DNA of 64,000 nt from an uncultured Bacteroidia bacterium (GCA_943788195.1 CALSPH010000001.1:829467-893466), one strand, 5' to 3'. Shown: positions 21,715 through 32,405, numbered from the stretch's first letter. Notes: generated from the sequence alone by a model not told the origin. Numbers and translations are program-made.

Positions 21715-22173
21715 TCATTTTATTTCAACCGTTATACTTTGTATATTGCCATTGGCGTCTTCGTAGTAGACTTTCACTCCGCATGGATTATCACTGGGTT
21801 CTGAACTGATGAATTTGCCTGGAACAGTAGGAGGGGTGCAATTAAATCGCGAGCCATCATTGATGTTTATGGCACGCACATAGATTCTTCCTTGCCCCTC
21901 TGCCATTAACGCTTTTATGGTTCCACCACATGTGATGGAGGTTCCCTTAAGCTTGCCATATACTGTAGTTTACCCAAGTCGGGAGGCATCTTTATCCATC
22001 ATTTTAGTAACATTATTGTTAGAATCATACACTCCTGAAACAAAACGGTTCCCATTGGGAAGTAGATTGGTTTGTAAGTCAAATAATGAATCACCCAGAA
22101 TTCCTAAGCCTGGGCTGATATGCACAATGGGAGAATCGGGACAAATAATATACGAAGTAAATGATTCTCCATT
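21715..22173 (-). pseudogene. Remnant of a Cys-containing, probably secreted protein
   Basis: One frame reads NGESFTSYIICPDSP...SRLG*TTVYGK...TCGG...PCGVKVYYED, with an in-frame TAA at 21970-21972 and no credible start or signal peptide. Confidence 0.45.
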
Positions 22174-22280
22174 TTAAACTGCAGTAGAAAACCATTGCAC
22201 AAATAGACGAAAAAACACTTACCACATTTTGGGAGTTAGGAGGTAAAGCAAGAGAGTGGTGTCTATGAGGCAGTAGGAAA

Positions 22281-23660
22281 CTATTCGAAAATCAGCTTCC
22301 CCTGCATCGGGGTAGGTTTACCGTCTAAGAAAATTTGGTAAATGTACGTTCCTGGACTTAGCTTACCTCGTTGCACAAGCGTAGTACGAAACATTGTTGG
22401 GGTTTGCATTACCACTTGCCCGAGAATATTGTAGAGTTTAAGTCGTATCTTTAGGTTGCTGTCTCCTTCAATAAAAACGGTAAAGCCATTTGCCACAGGA
22501 TTAGGACCTAGTTTAACGTTTATTGGACCCCTATTAACACTATCTTTTATAGGTTTTGGTTCAAATACATAAAGACCGGTTTGCATGTCTGAAACCAATA
22601 TCTTTCCAGAAGGAAGTAGCGGGTAAACACCCCAAGCTCCGCAGAAACTTCTGCAGTTTGAATCAAGGTAAGTGTCATAATAGGCATACCTCCTAGGTTG
22701 TTTAGGGTCTGAAATATCGTATACATAAAGGCCCTCATTGTAGTAGGAAACATACATAAGATTTCCTTTGATGATGAGATTATGCACCATTGAGGAATCA
22801 GGAGGTGCTTTAACCGTACTCAATACTTTAATATCAGGAAGGGCACTTGCATCACATATTTTAACAGGGCTAGTGGGCGTTTCATCTGCAAAAGCATAGA
22901 CCGTGCCTTCTTCATTAAGCCAACCTGAATGATTGTATCCGATACCGGGGTAAAAGAAGAGATGATCCAATTCTTTGGGGGCTTCTGGATTGGCAAAGTC
23001 AAATACCTTAAGACCCTCGGTGGCCATATTTAAGTAGACGGTGTCGTTTCTCACGAAGGCATCATGGCAATCGCTTTGGGTAACATAGTCGCCTAGAAAT
23101 CTAGGTTTTTGAGGGTTTTCTAACGATAAAATACGAACGCCTGCAGTACGGTTAAAAGTCTTTTCGGAATATACCGCCATAGCATATAAAAGGGCACTGG
23201 ACGAATCAATAAAAATGTTGTGTGCAATATTGATAAATTCATCTGAATCGTAGACGAGGTGAACTGAGTCGGGAAGATATTGCAGATCTACAATTTGCAT
23301 TGTGCTATTCCCTTCTCCGCAAACCATGTATAGATAACCCTTGTAATCGTGATAATCGCGGTGAATTACTCTATATCCAAATAGGGCTCCCTGCACGAAA
23401 TCCACTTCTCGTAAGTCGCTGGTATCTGTGACATCAATAAAATGGGTTCCTTGAGTTGAACCGATTACCGCATATTCCCTTGTTCCTTGTTTAAATCCCC
23501 AAACCTCATTGTAGGTATTGTTGTAGAGCACGGTAGAAGGGAGACTGTCTTTAGACCAAGTGCCTACCAGATTGATATTGGGATCTAATTGAGCACTAAG
23601 TGTTCCACTCATTGCAAGCAGGAGAATACTTAAAATTGTCGGTCGAAAAAAAAGCTTCAT
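22281..23660 (-). CDS. Choice-of-anchor B / LVIVD-repeat protein with T9SS C-terminal domain
   Basis: Signal peptide, EVWG...EYAVIG, HRDY, AHNIFID, YNHSGWL, HN...SYY.EG, GAWGVYP, and CTD GPNPV...YNILGQ...GTYIY. Confidence 0.88.
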   Translation of the reverse strand: MKLFFRPTILSILLLAMSGTLSAQLDPNINLVGTWSKDSLPSTVLYNNTYNEVWGFKQGTREYAVIGSTQGTHFIDVTDTSDLREVDFVQGALFGYRVIHRDYHDYKGYLYMVCGEGNSTMQIVDLQYLPDSVHLVYDSDEFINIAHNIFIDSSSALLYAMAVYSEKTFNRTAGVRILSLENPQKPRFLGDYVTQSDCHDAFVRNDTVYLNMATEGLKVFDFANPEAPKELDHLFFYPGIGYNHSGWLNEEGTVYAFADETPTSPVKICDASALPDIKVLSTVKAPPDSSMVHNLIIKGNLMYVSYYNEGLYVYDISDPKQPRRYAYYDTYLDSNCRSFCGAWGVYPLLPSGKILVSDMQTGLYVFEPKPIKDSVNRGPINVKLGPNPVANGFTVFIEGDSNLKIRLKLYNILGQVVMQTPTMFRTTLVQRGKLSPGTYIYQIFLDGKPTPMQGKLIFE

Positions 23661-23911
23661 GATTGTGGTACAAAGTAAATCTTATTCCAAAAATAAACCA
23701 GTTCTATTTGAGCAGTTGAAGGAATCGATTTAGCAACGGGAAGTCAATGCCTTTAAATTTAATATGGCTGGATATTAACTTAATTGTAAGAAATGAACTA
23801 TGGTTCTCAATGTCGCCAGAGGTAATCATTGGTTTATTAAATAAGGCATGATTAGTTTTTTTTCTGAAAAACTAAAATATTCTAAATTCTCTATCCCTCA
23901 AAACAAATCCT

Positions 23912-23919
23912 TAAATTTG
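23912..23919 (+). promoter_or_regulatory. -7 promoter element of the tyrS operon
   Basis: TAAATTTG lies 13 nt upstream of the ATG. Confidence 0.6.
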
Positions 23920-23932
23920 CCCATCTATACCC

Positions 23933-25210
23933 ATGACCAATTTTATACAAGAACTGAAATGGCGCGGCATGATCCACGATATGATGCCCGGAACCGAAGA
24001 GCAATTTGCCAAGGAGATGACCTCCGCCTATATTGGCTTTGACCCTACAGGAGATTCGCTACATATCGGTAGCTTGGTGCAAATCATGATCTTAGTTCAC
24101 CTGCAAAAAGCAGGACATAAGCCCTATGCTTTGGTAGGTGGTGCTACAGGAATGGTAGGCGATCCTTCAGGCAAAAGCAAAGAACGGAACTTGTTGGATG
24201 CGGAAACCTTAAATCATAATTTAAGCTGTATTCAATCGCAATTAGAACAATTCTTGGATTTTGAATCGGTTGATAATGCAGCTGAAGTAGTCAATAATTA
24301 TGATTGGTTTGAAGGCATGAGTTTTTTGGATTTCATCAGAGATGTTGGAAAGCACATATCTGTGAATTATATGTTGGCCAAAGATTCCGTGAAGTCACGT
24401 CTTTCTACAGGTATGTCGTTCACCGAATTCAGTTACCAATTGGTACAAGGCTATGATTTTTATTGGCTGTGGAAACACAAACAATGTAAAGTGCAATTAG
24501 GAGGAAGTGATCAATGGGGCAATATTGTAACCGGTACAGAACTCATCCGCAGAAAAGGTGGAGGCGAAGCATTTGCATGCACCACGCCTTTAATCAAGAA
24601 AGCAGATGGTTCCAAATTTGGGAAGACCGAAAGTGGAAACGTATGGTTGGATGCCAATAAAACATCACCTTACCAATTCTATCAATACTGGATTAATGCA
24701 TCGGACGAAGATGCATCCAACTACATCAAGATCTTTACCTTGAAGACCCAGGAAGAAACAGAAACCATCCTTGCAGAACATGCAGAAGCACCGCATCAGC
24801 GAAAATTACAAATAGCTTTGGCAGAAGATATTACTACCCGGGTACATGGAAGTGAAGCTTTGCTGGAAGCACAACAAGCCAGTAAAATATTGTTCGGTAA
24901 ATCCAGTTTAGATGATTTATTGACGGTGAAGCCTGCTTCATTGGAATCTGCTTTTGATGCAGATCGCTCGTTTGAAATTAGTAAGGAACAGATTGCTGCA
25001 GGTATGCCTGTGTTGGATTTAGTGGCTCAAGCGATTCCTATTTTTGCAAGTAAGGGAGAAGCTAAACGCATGATCAAGGGCAATGGCCTAAGCATAAAAA
25101 AAGAAAAAGTAACGGATGATACTGCCATCATTAATGAGGCGCATTTAATCCACAACAAATATTTATTCGTACAACGTGGAAAGAACTTTTATTTAATCAA
25201 AACGGTATAA
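23933..25210 (+). CDS. tyrS: Tyrosine--tRNA ligase
   Basis: YIGFDPTGDSLHIG, GGSDQWGNI, KFGKT and an S4-like C-terminal domain. Confidence 0.98.
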   Translation: MTNFIQELKWRGMIHDMMPGTEEQFAKEMTSAYIGFDPTGDSLHIGSLVQIMILVHLQKAGHKPYALVGGATGMVGDPSGKSKERNLLDAETLNHNLSCIQSQLEQFLDFESVDNAAEVVNNYDWFEGMSFLDFIRDVGKHISVNYMLAKDSVKSRLSTGMSFTEFSYQLVQGYDFYWLWKHKQCKVQLGGSDQWGNIVTGTELIRRKGGGEAFACTTPLIKKADGSKFGKTESGNVWLDANKTSPYQFYQYWINASDEDASNYIKIFTLKTQEETETILAEHAEAPHQRKLQIALAEDITTRVHGSEALLEAQQASKILFGKSSLDDLLTVKPASLESAFDADRSFEISKEQIAAGMPVLDLVAQAIPIFASKGEAKRMIKGNGLSIKKEKVTDDTAIINEAHLIHNKYLFVQRGKNFYLIKTV

Positions 25211-26064
25211 TGAGCAATTATAAAACCATCATTCCAGCAGAGGTGAGTGTCCCTGAGATACATCACGCTCTTTTAGGGTCCATAGGTCCTCGACCGATCT
25301 GCTTTGCCAGTACAGTCGACCTAAACGGGACCCCAAATTTGGCGCCATTTAGTTTCTTCAATGTGTTCAGTGCTAAACCTCCGATTTTAGTTTTTTCGCC
25401 TGCTCGAAGTGGAAGGACGGGAGAGGCTAAACATACCCATTTAAATGTGAAGCAAGTTCCAGAAGTAGTTATCAATGTGGTTACCTATGAGATGGTGAAC
25501 CAAATGAGTTTGGCGAGCAGTCCTTTTGAACGTGGTGTAGATGAGTTTAAGAAAGCGGGATTTACACCTGTGCCATCTGATTTGGTAAAGCCTGCGCGAG
25601 TAGGTGAAAGCCCAGTGCAATTGGAATGCAAGGTCAACGAAGTGATTGAATTGGGCGATAGTGGAGGTGCTGGAAATTTAATTGTAGCAGAAGTTTTGAA
25701 AATGCACATCCGCGAAGATATTTTGATGGACAATGGAAAAATTGATCAAGAAAAGATCGATTTAATCGCCCGAATGGGGGGTGATTGGTATTGCAGAGCG
25801 AATGGAGAGGCATTGTTTGAGGTGGCCAAACCGATATCTACTATTGGTATTGGCATAGATAAATTGCCCAAACATGTCAAGGATTCGCATAAACTTACGG
25901 GCAATCAACTGGGTCTTTTGGGTAGTGCCGAGCGCGAGCCCAATGACGATGAGATAGATGAAGTTCGCAGTTTAGGACTCAGCTTTGAAGAGCGCCTAAA
26001 TATGGCTATCGTTTCTTTAGATTTTGACATATATAGATCCCTATCATTGGTTTGGTTGCCTTAA
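25210..26064 (+). CDS. Flavin reductase family protein (DIM6/NTAB-like)
   Basis: PRPICFAST, NLAPFSFFN, ESPVQLEC and ARMGG.WY. Confidence 0.9.
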   Translation: MSNYKTIIPAEVSVPEIHHALLGSIGPRPICFASTVDLNGTPNLAPFSFFNVFSAKPPILVFSPARSGRTGEAKHTHLNVKQVPEVVINVVTYEMVNQMSLASSPFERGVDEFKKAGFTPVPSDLVKPARVGESPVQLECKVNEVIELGDSGGAGNLIVAEVLKMHIREDILMDNGKIDQEKIDLIARMGGDWYCRANGEALFEVAKPISTIGIGIDKLPKHVKDSHKLTGNQLGLLGSAEREPNDDEIDEVRSLGLSFEERLNMAIVSLDFDIYRSLSLVWLP

Positions 26065-26961
26065 ATGGATAATTCAGACATCATATTGAAACTTGCGGAA
26101 GGGGATGTCCGAACGATTGCTAAAACATTAACCTTAGTTGAGAATGAATCGGAGGGGTCTAAAGAATTGCTTGCGCATATGCCGTTTGATCGGAAAGTGC
26201 CCATTATAGGTATAACTGGTCCTCCAGGAGCAGGTAAAAGTTCGGTAGTCAACGCATGTATTACTAAACTAATGGAACAAGATAAGAAGGTTGCTGTCTT
26301 GGCGGTTGATCCTTCTTCACCATTTAATTATGGGTCATTATTAGGTGATCGGGTTCGTATGGAAGCGCATTTCAACAATGAAAATGTGTTTATTCGTTCC
26401 GTTGCTTCACGGGGACATTTGGGTGGATTGAGTACACGCATTTATGAAATGGCTGATGTACTTCGCAACGCGCATTTTGATTATATATTTATCGAGACCG
26501 TAGGTGTTGGGCAAAGCGAAGTGGAGATTGCGGGTATCGCTGATATTACCGTTGTTGTACTGGTGCCAGAGGCAGGGGATGATGTACAGGCAATGAAATC
26601 TGGAGTGATGGAAATTGCGGACGTTTTTGTGGTTAACAAAAGTGATCGGGAAGGGGCCGGAAGGTTTGCGAGTACACTTAAAACGCTCATCCATACGCAA
26701 GATAGAAATGTAGAAGTGATCTCTGCGGTTGCTATAAAGAGCGAGGGGATAGACGAATTGCTGTTGGAAATTGATAAGCTGCATCAAAACAATGGGTTGG
26801 ATGAAAAGAAGGTCCATTTGCTGGCTCATCGAACTTGGAGTCTACTTTCTGCACAACTAATGAAGCGCTTTCAATATGAAGAAGTGGTAAATGAATTGAA
26901 AGGAGCCATGCAGCAAACAAATTTCAATATCTATCGTTACATTCAAAATAAGCTACAATGA
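26065..26961 (+). CDS. meaB: Methylmalonyl-CoA mutase-associated GTPase
   Basis: GITGPPGAGKSS, AVDPSS...LLGDRVRM, IETVGVGQSE and NKSD. Confidence 0.93.
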   Translation: MDNSDIILKLAEGDVRTIAKTLTLVENESEGSKELLAHMPFDRKVPIIGITGPPGAGKSSVVNACITKLMEQDKKVAVLAVDPSSPFNYGSLLGDRVRMEAHFNNENVFIRSVASRGHLGGLSTRIYEMADVLRNAHFDYIFIETVGVGQSEVEIAGIADITVVVLVPEAGDDVQAMKSGVMEIADVFVVNKSDREGAGRFASTLKTLIHTQDRNVEVISAVAIKSEGIDELLLEIDKLHQNNGLDEKKVHLLAHRTWSLLSAQLMKRFQYEEVVNELKGAMQQTNFNIYRYIQNKLQ

Positions 26962-27512
26962 TTACAATCCTCAGCGGTTCAGCAAGACATAATGCCAATA
27001 CACTTCGCGTAGCGAAAGCTGCACAGCAGGAAATAAACAACGCGAATATTTCAGCCGAGATCATTGACTTTAAGGATTTTGACATTCCCAATTATAATCA
27101 GCGTTTTGATCCTGCGAATTTAAGCACATGGCAACAAGGCGCATTAGATTCAATACTCAAATCTAAATTGGTCATTTTTATTTCACCTGAATACAATTGG
27201 ATGCCCACTGCAGAAATGATTCAATTCATCAATCGTTTCAGTGGGAATGGATTAAACCATATTTGGGACAACCGAACATTCGCAACCATTGGATTGTCTT
27301 CTGGCATTGGAGGGAGATTGCCAGCATTGCATCTAAAAAATATGATTGATGAGGTAATTGGGTATTCTAAGTCTTCTGGTAAAACTGTGTCCGCAATACA
27401 AGAAGTTAACTATGTGATGGATGTTATCGACATTGATGGGAACCTCTTGGAGAATGAATTGTTTAATCAATCTTTTAGCGGCTTTATTAAAAGCCTGTGT
27501 GCTTTAGTATAA
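26958..27512 (+). CDS. NADPH-dependent FMN reductase family protein
   Basis: LSGSAR..ANT, SPEYN and S.G.GG motifs. Confidence 0.88.
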   Translation: MITILSGSARHNANTLRVAKAAQQEINNANISAEIIDFKDFDIPNYNQRFDPANLSTWQQGALDSILKSKLVIFISPEYNWMPTAEMIQFINRFSGNGLNHIWDNRTFATIGLSSGIGGRLPALHLKNMIDEVIGYSKSSGKTVSAIQEVNYVMDVIDIDGNLLENELFNQSFSGFIKSLCALV

Positions 27513-27598
27513 AACTGTTTCAATAAGAAATTAATTTCTTTAGCATCTATTTTTAAATATAAAAGAAACAATATCTTTGCAGCAAATAATATAAAGGA

Positions 27599-27931
27599 AT
27601 GATTAACGCAGAAGCAAACACCCTGATTGAAAAAATTCAAAAAGAAGCAGCCAAAAATGGTTTTGGAGCGAAGGTTGTAAAACTACTTCAAGAATTGCGT
27701 CCTTTGGCATTGGCAGAGGAAGACCCTTTACTTACCCGCAGTGTGCGAATCACCTATGAGTTCATTGAGTCTATGGAAGGATTTGATATTCCATTACCAG
27801 AAGAAGCAGAAATAGAAGGGGACGCTGCTGAATTATTTGATTACTTATGCGGTCTTTGGATTAAATCTGACAATAAATATAACCGCGATGAAATTCGTGA
27901 GTTGACCGATAGCATGACTAATTCGTATTAG
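27599..27931 (+). CDS. Hypothetical acidic helical protein
   Basis: 110 aa ORF with a TATCTTTG element at 27572-27579 and an A-rich leader. Confidence 0.75.
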   Translation: MINAEANTLIEKIQKEAAKNGFGAKVVKLLQELRPLALAEEDPLLTRSVRITYEFIESMEGFDIPLPEEAEIEGDAAELFDYLCGLWIKSDNKYNRDEIRELTDSMTNSY

Positions 27932-27932
27932 T

Positions 27933-29456
27933 TTAAACTGCATTAACCTGTTCTCGATTTTTTAAATAGGCTTTAATTTCCTCTAGGAGATGTGGGCTAT
28001 TCGATAGGCGCGGTACCTTGTGCTGGCCTCCCAATTTATTTTTCTGGGTCAACCATTGTTCAAAAACGTTTTCATCAACTATTTTGATTTTCGGAAAACT
28101 CATGGCCAAATCACCTTTTCTTTTAGCGGCATAATCTGAATTTAATGTACACAAAGCGGCATCAAAGTCTCTTTTAAAAGCCCACTCATCTTTTGGAAGT
28201 TTGCTTAAGCAAATGAGCCATTCATGTGTGCCAACAGCCTCCTTTTCCGCTTGAAAAAACAAAGGAGCAGCAGTATAATCGATTAGTTCTGTGAAGTGTT
28301 TTTTGCAGGTAACCTCAAAGGCGTTATCTGCGTTGTGCACCATAAGTTCTTCCCCAAATGCATTGATGAAATGTTTGGTTCTGCCCGTAATTATAAACTG
28401 TGGTGGAGAGGTGCAGGTAAATCGAATGGTATCTCCAATTCGGTAGCGCCATAATCCCGAGTTAGTGCTTATTAATAGTTCATAATTCACACCTGCCTGA
28501 ATATCATTGACATCGCATACTTCCTTGGTTTTTAGATCAATAAATTCATAGAATATTCCGTATTGTGGCATTAATGTAAGCACAGGTTTTTCATCAATTT
28601 GCAATCCGAAAAAACCCTCACTGGCGTTATAGGTTTCTATAAAACTAATGTTTCGATGCCCAATTAATTTGAGAAATTGCTCTTTATAAGGTATCATGGA
28701 AATTCCCCCATGAATAAACAATTCTAGGTTGGGCCAAACTTCTGAGATGTATTTTTTACGCGACAATTCCAGTACTTTTTTCAGCACCACTATGGTCCAA
28801 GTTGGAACACCTGAGATACTGGTCACATTCTCTTCAATCGTAGCCCGTGCCATCTTTTCAATTTTCTCATCCCAATCTTCCAATAGGGCGATGCTTAAAT
28901 CAGGAGTTTTGGCCATATTAGCCCAAAAGGGCATCTCATTCATAAGTACTGCGGATAAATCGCCATAATTTGAGCCATTTCCTAAGGGATTAGTTTGATT
29001 GCTTCCTCCAATTAATAAACCTTTACCGCCAAAAAGCATGGAGTTGGCATTTTGATGGTATTGAATGCACAGAATGTCTTTTCCGGCCTCAAAATGGCAG
29101 TTTTCAAGCGTTTCATAGCTTACAGGGATAAACTTGCTTCGGTCGTTTGTGGTACCACTGCTTTTGGCGAACCATGCAATGCTTGATGGCCAGCTCACAT
29201 CCTGCTTGCCGGTCAGCATGCGTTCGATATATGGGTAAAATTCTTCATAGCCCATGATCGGCACTTTTGCTTTGAATTCAGCATAACTCTTAATGTCAGC
29301 GAAACCGTATTCACGTCCCATTTCAGTTTCTTTTGCCATTGCCAAAAGATCAAATAGCGTATCCTTTTGAATTTCAGTATAATTAGTCAGCGCTTTGGCG
29401 ATATTCTTATATCTGCTTTTAAAATACCATGAACCCAATGTATTGACCAATCCCAT
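27933..29456 (-). CDS. GH3 family (acyl-adenylate-forming) protein
   Basis: FAKSSGTT..SKFIP, YNASEGFFG, LWRYRIGD and KLGGQHKVPRL. Confidence 0.93.
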   Translation of the reverse strand: MGLVNTLGSWYFKSRYKNIAKALTNYTEIQKDTLFDLLAMAKETEMGREYGFADIKSYAEFKAKVPIMGYEEFYPYIERMLTGKQDVSWPSSIAWFAKSSGTTNDRSKFIPVSYETLENCHFEAGKDILCIQYHQNANSMLFGGKGLLIGGSNQTNPLGNGSNYGDLSAVLMNEMPFWANMAKTPDLSIALLEDWDEKIEKMARATIEENVTSISGVPTWTIVVLKKVLELSRKKYISEVWPNLELFIHGGISMIPYKEQFLKLIGHRNISFIETYNASEGFFGLQIDEKPVLTLMPQYGIFYEFIDLKTKEVCDVNDIQAGVNYELLISTNSGLWRYRIGDTIRFTCTSPPQFIITGRTKHFINAFGEELMVHNADNAFEVTCKKHFTELIDYTAAPLFFQAEKEAVGTHEWLICLSKLPKDEWAFKRDFDAALCTLNSDYAAKRKGDLAMSFPKIKIVDENVFEQWLTQKNKLGGQHKVPRLSNSPHLLEEIKAYLKNREQVNAV

Positions 29457-29530
29457 CAATACAAAGCTATTATTAATAAATAATATATCAATCATATTGG
29501 AAAGCAAAAATGATAGCGGTATTTTGCGGT

Positions 29531-30481
29531 ATGCAAAACGCTATTTGTTCACTATTTGGGATTAGATACCCATTGATTCAGGCGGGCATGATTTGGTGCA
29601 GTGGCTGGGAGTTAGCAAGCGCAGTAAGTAATGCGGGCGGGTTGGGAATTATTGGTTCAGGAAGCATGTATCCCGAAGTGCTTAGAGAGCATATTAAAAA
29701 ATGTAAAAAAGCAACGGATCAACCTTTTGCAGTGAATATCCCCTTATTGTATCCGGATATTGATCAACATATCGATTCGGTAATTGAATTGGGTGTACCC
29801 ATTGTTTTTACAAGTGCAGGAAATCCAGCCAAGTATACCCCACGGCTTAAAGAAGCTGGCATTATTGTAGTGCATGTAATCGCGAACGAGAAATTTGCCT
29901 TAAAAGCGGAGTCTGCTGGAGTGGATGCAGTAGTAGCGGAAGGCTTTGAGGCGGGTGGACATAACGGTCGTGAAGAGACCACAACATTATGCCTTATTCC
30001 ATTGATTAAAAGAGCGGTTGATATACCGGTTATTGCTGCCGGTGGAATTGCATCGGGTGCATCTATGGCTGCCGTTATGGCGCTAGGTGCAGATGGTGTT
30101 CAAATAGGAAGCAGGTTTGTTCTTTCCGAAGAAAGCAGTGCTCATATCAATTTTAAAGATGCCGTTTCTATTGCTGGGGACGGTAAAACTCGATTATCAC
30201 TTAAAGCATTAACCCCTGTTCGATTGCTGGATAATGCTTTTGCAAGAAATGTGTATGAGGCAGAAACTGCATGCAAAACCAAAGAGGAATTGCAAGCATT
30301 ATTGGGTAAAGGTCGCTCAAAGAAGGGGATGTTTGAAGGAGATTTAGAAGAGGGAGAGCTGGAAATAGGTCAGGTTTCCGCATTCATATCCCAAATCATG
30401 CCTGCGGCAAAAATTGTAGAGGAAATCATATTGGACTATCACTATACCATTGAAAAAAGCGCCCAAAAGAAGTTTAATTAA
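29531..30481 (+). CDS. Nitronate monooxygenase / FabK-like enoyl-ACP reductase
   Basis: YPLIQAGM, SNAGGLG, EGFEAGGH, IAAGGI and GQVS. Confidence 0.9.
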   Translation: MQNAICSLFGIRYPLIQAGMIWCSGWELASAVSNAGGLGIIGSGSMYPEVLREHIKKCKKATDQPFAVNIPLLYPDIDQHIDSVIELGVPIVFTSAGNPAKYTPRLKEAGIIVVHVIANEKFALKAESAGVDAVVAEGFEAGGHNGREETTTLCLIPLIKRAVDIPVIAAGGIASGASMAAVMALGADGVQIGSRFVLSEESSAHINFKDAVSIAGDGKTRLSLKALTPVRLLDNAFARNVYEAETACKTKEELQALLGKGRSKKGMFEGDLEEGELEIGQVSAFISQIMPAAKIVEEIILDYHYTIEKSAQKKFN

Positions 30482-30488
30482 TGCAGAA

Positions 30489-31724
30489 ATGGATTCTGGA
30501 TTAAGTAGTCATGTTTTCTCAAACGGACTGAAGTTAGTTTACAAGCAAAGTTTTGGAACAGCAACCAGTCACCTTGGTTTTGTAATTAACGCGGGTTCTC
30601 GTGATGATGGAAAGCACCCAGGCATCGCTCATTTCTTTGAGCATATGTTGTTTAGGGGTACGCATAAGCGAAGTTCTTCTCAGATTATAAATAGAATTGA
30701 ATGGGTAGGGGGTGAATTAAACGCGTTTACCGCAAAAGACATTACCGTGGTTTATGCGAATGTGCTTTCAGATTACTTTAAACGGAGTGTTGATCTTTTG
30801 TCGGACATTGTATTTAACTCCAAATTCACAGAAACGGCATTAAATAAAGAGCGCAATATTATTCGTGAGGAGATTAATTTGTATCTGGATACACCAGATG
30901 AATATTTATATGATGAGTTCCTGAACCATCTATATGCAAGTCATCCGATGGGATATAATATTTTGGGAACGGAAGAAACGATTGCTAATATTGGCATTAA
31001 AGAATTGAACACGTTCTACAATACCTATTACCAGCCACAAAACATGGTGCTGTCGGTGATTTCTGATTTGCCATATGAAAAAGTATTGGAACATTGCCAG
31101 ATACTCGAGTCAATTCAGCAAAGTAACCTCAATCCAAAGCCTAATGTCCAAGGGCTAAAAAAGTCCAGGCATTTTATTCAATCTTTGGAAAAAGATTTCA
31201 ATTTGGCGTATGTATGTCTAGGTAAAGATGCATACTCTTACAATGATCCAAAAAAGTATAATTTAATGTTGCTGAATAACATACTCGGAGGACCTGGTAT
31301 GAATAGTAAATTAAACATGACCATTCGTGAGAAAAAGGGTTTAACCTATCAGATTGATTCATCTTATACGAGCTATGATAACACAGGGGTGTTTTATATC
31401 AATTTTGCCACGGAATTGCATCAATTGGATTTAACCATTGCTTTGATTGAAAAGGAAGTCAATAAACTGTGTAAGGCACCACTTAAAGAAAGTGAATTGA
31501 AAAAGTCCAAACAGCAGTTCAAAAATCAACTACGCATGGCTGAAGAGAATAAGAATGCGCTCATGGTTTATAATGGAAAACAGATGTTGCTGCATAATAC
31601 AGTGCAGCCGTTGAATACGTATTTGAATTTAATCGATTCGGTTCATGCTGAAGATTTGCAGCGTACCGCAATTGAAATTATCCAATATGATCAACTTTCA
31701 CTACTTAAAATAGTGCCCGTTTAA
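30489..31724 (+). CDS. M16 family (pitrilysin-like) zinc peptidase
   Basis: GIAHFFEHMLFRGT (HxxEH), GGELNAFT and LGG.GM.S.L...IREKKGL.Y. Confidence 0.93.
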   Translation: MDSGLSSHVFSNGLKLVYKQSFGTATSHLGFVINAGSRDDGKHPGIAHFFEHMLFRGTHKRSSSQIINRIEWVGGELNAFTAKDITVVYANVLSDYFKRSVDLLSDIVFNSKFTETALNKERNIIREEINLYLDTPDEYLYDEFLNHLYASHPMGYNILGTEETIANIGIKELNTFYNTYYQPQNMVLSVISDLPYEKVLEHCQILESIQQSNLNPKPNVQGLKKSRHFIQSLEKDFNLAYVCLGKDAYSYNDPKKYNLMLLNNILGGPGMNSKLNMTIREKKGLTYQIDSSYTSYDNTGVFYINFATELHQLDLTIALIEKEVNKLCKAPLKESELKKSKQQFKNQLRMAEENKNALMVYNGKQMLLHNTVQPLNTYLNLIDSVHAEDLQRTAIEIIQYDQLSLLKIVPV

Positions 31725-31726
31725 TT

Positions 31727-32358
31727 TTGCTTCCACGCTATATTCAGGATATTATATTAAATGGGGAAGGCTTGACGGTTGATTTTAAGCATTCTATTGC
31801 TGACAGTTATAAAATTGCCAAATCGTTGGTTTCATTTGCGAATTCGGCTGGGGGAATGCTGCTAGTAGGCGTTGATGATAAGGGAAGGGTTGTTGGCGTG
31901 GATGAGGATGAAGAAACGTATATGTTGGATGTTGCAGCCTTGAAGTATTGTAAGCCGCAATTGAAATTACCTATAAAAAACATACAAGCAATGACGGTAA
32001 TACGGTGTTGGAGTTTAATGTGCAGAAGGGTAAACAGACTCCTTATGCGTGTAAGGAGATAGATGGAAAATGGAGAGTTTATTTTAGGCAGGATGATGAA
32101 TGCAAATTAGCTTCTGTGGTACGGTTTAGAATGATGGAAATGCAGGCCTCAGCAAAGGGCGATGTAGTATTTAATGAGCAGGATAAGCAGGTAATTGAAC
32201 TTGTTGAAAACAATCCAGATGGTTTAACAAAAAAGCAAATTGTTAAAAAACTTAGTATTCCTTATCATCAGATAATCAGCATTATAGCAAGATTAACGTA
32301 TTTAAATGTTTTAAAAGAAAAATATAATTTAAACAAAATAATTTACTTGCTTCGGTAG
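31727..32358 (+). CDS. Schlafen/AlbA_2-domain protein with C-terminal winged HTH (one frameshift near 31965)
   Basis: GEGLTVDFK, SFANSAGG.LLVGVDDKG, then PY...YFR and an HTH-like tail in the other frame. Adding one A at ttgaaattacc restores the frame. Confidence 0.8.
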
Positions 32359-32405
32359 AAACACAACATTTTACCCTATTTTCGCGTTTAATTCAAAATA
32401 GACGA

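Noticed and set aside
20175-21804. Several 60-150 aa plus-strand ORFs opposite the sulfatase
   Set aside because: They are antisense shadows, expected in a GC-richer gene, and carry no motifs.
23661-23932. T-box or riboswitch upstream of tyrS
   Set aside because: No T-box consensus is present, and the -7 box only 13 nt from the ATG leaves no room for a leader. The TTAGTTTTT/AAAAACTAA repeat lies upstream of the promoter and is AT-only.
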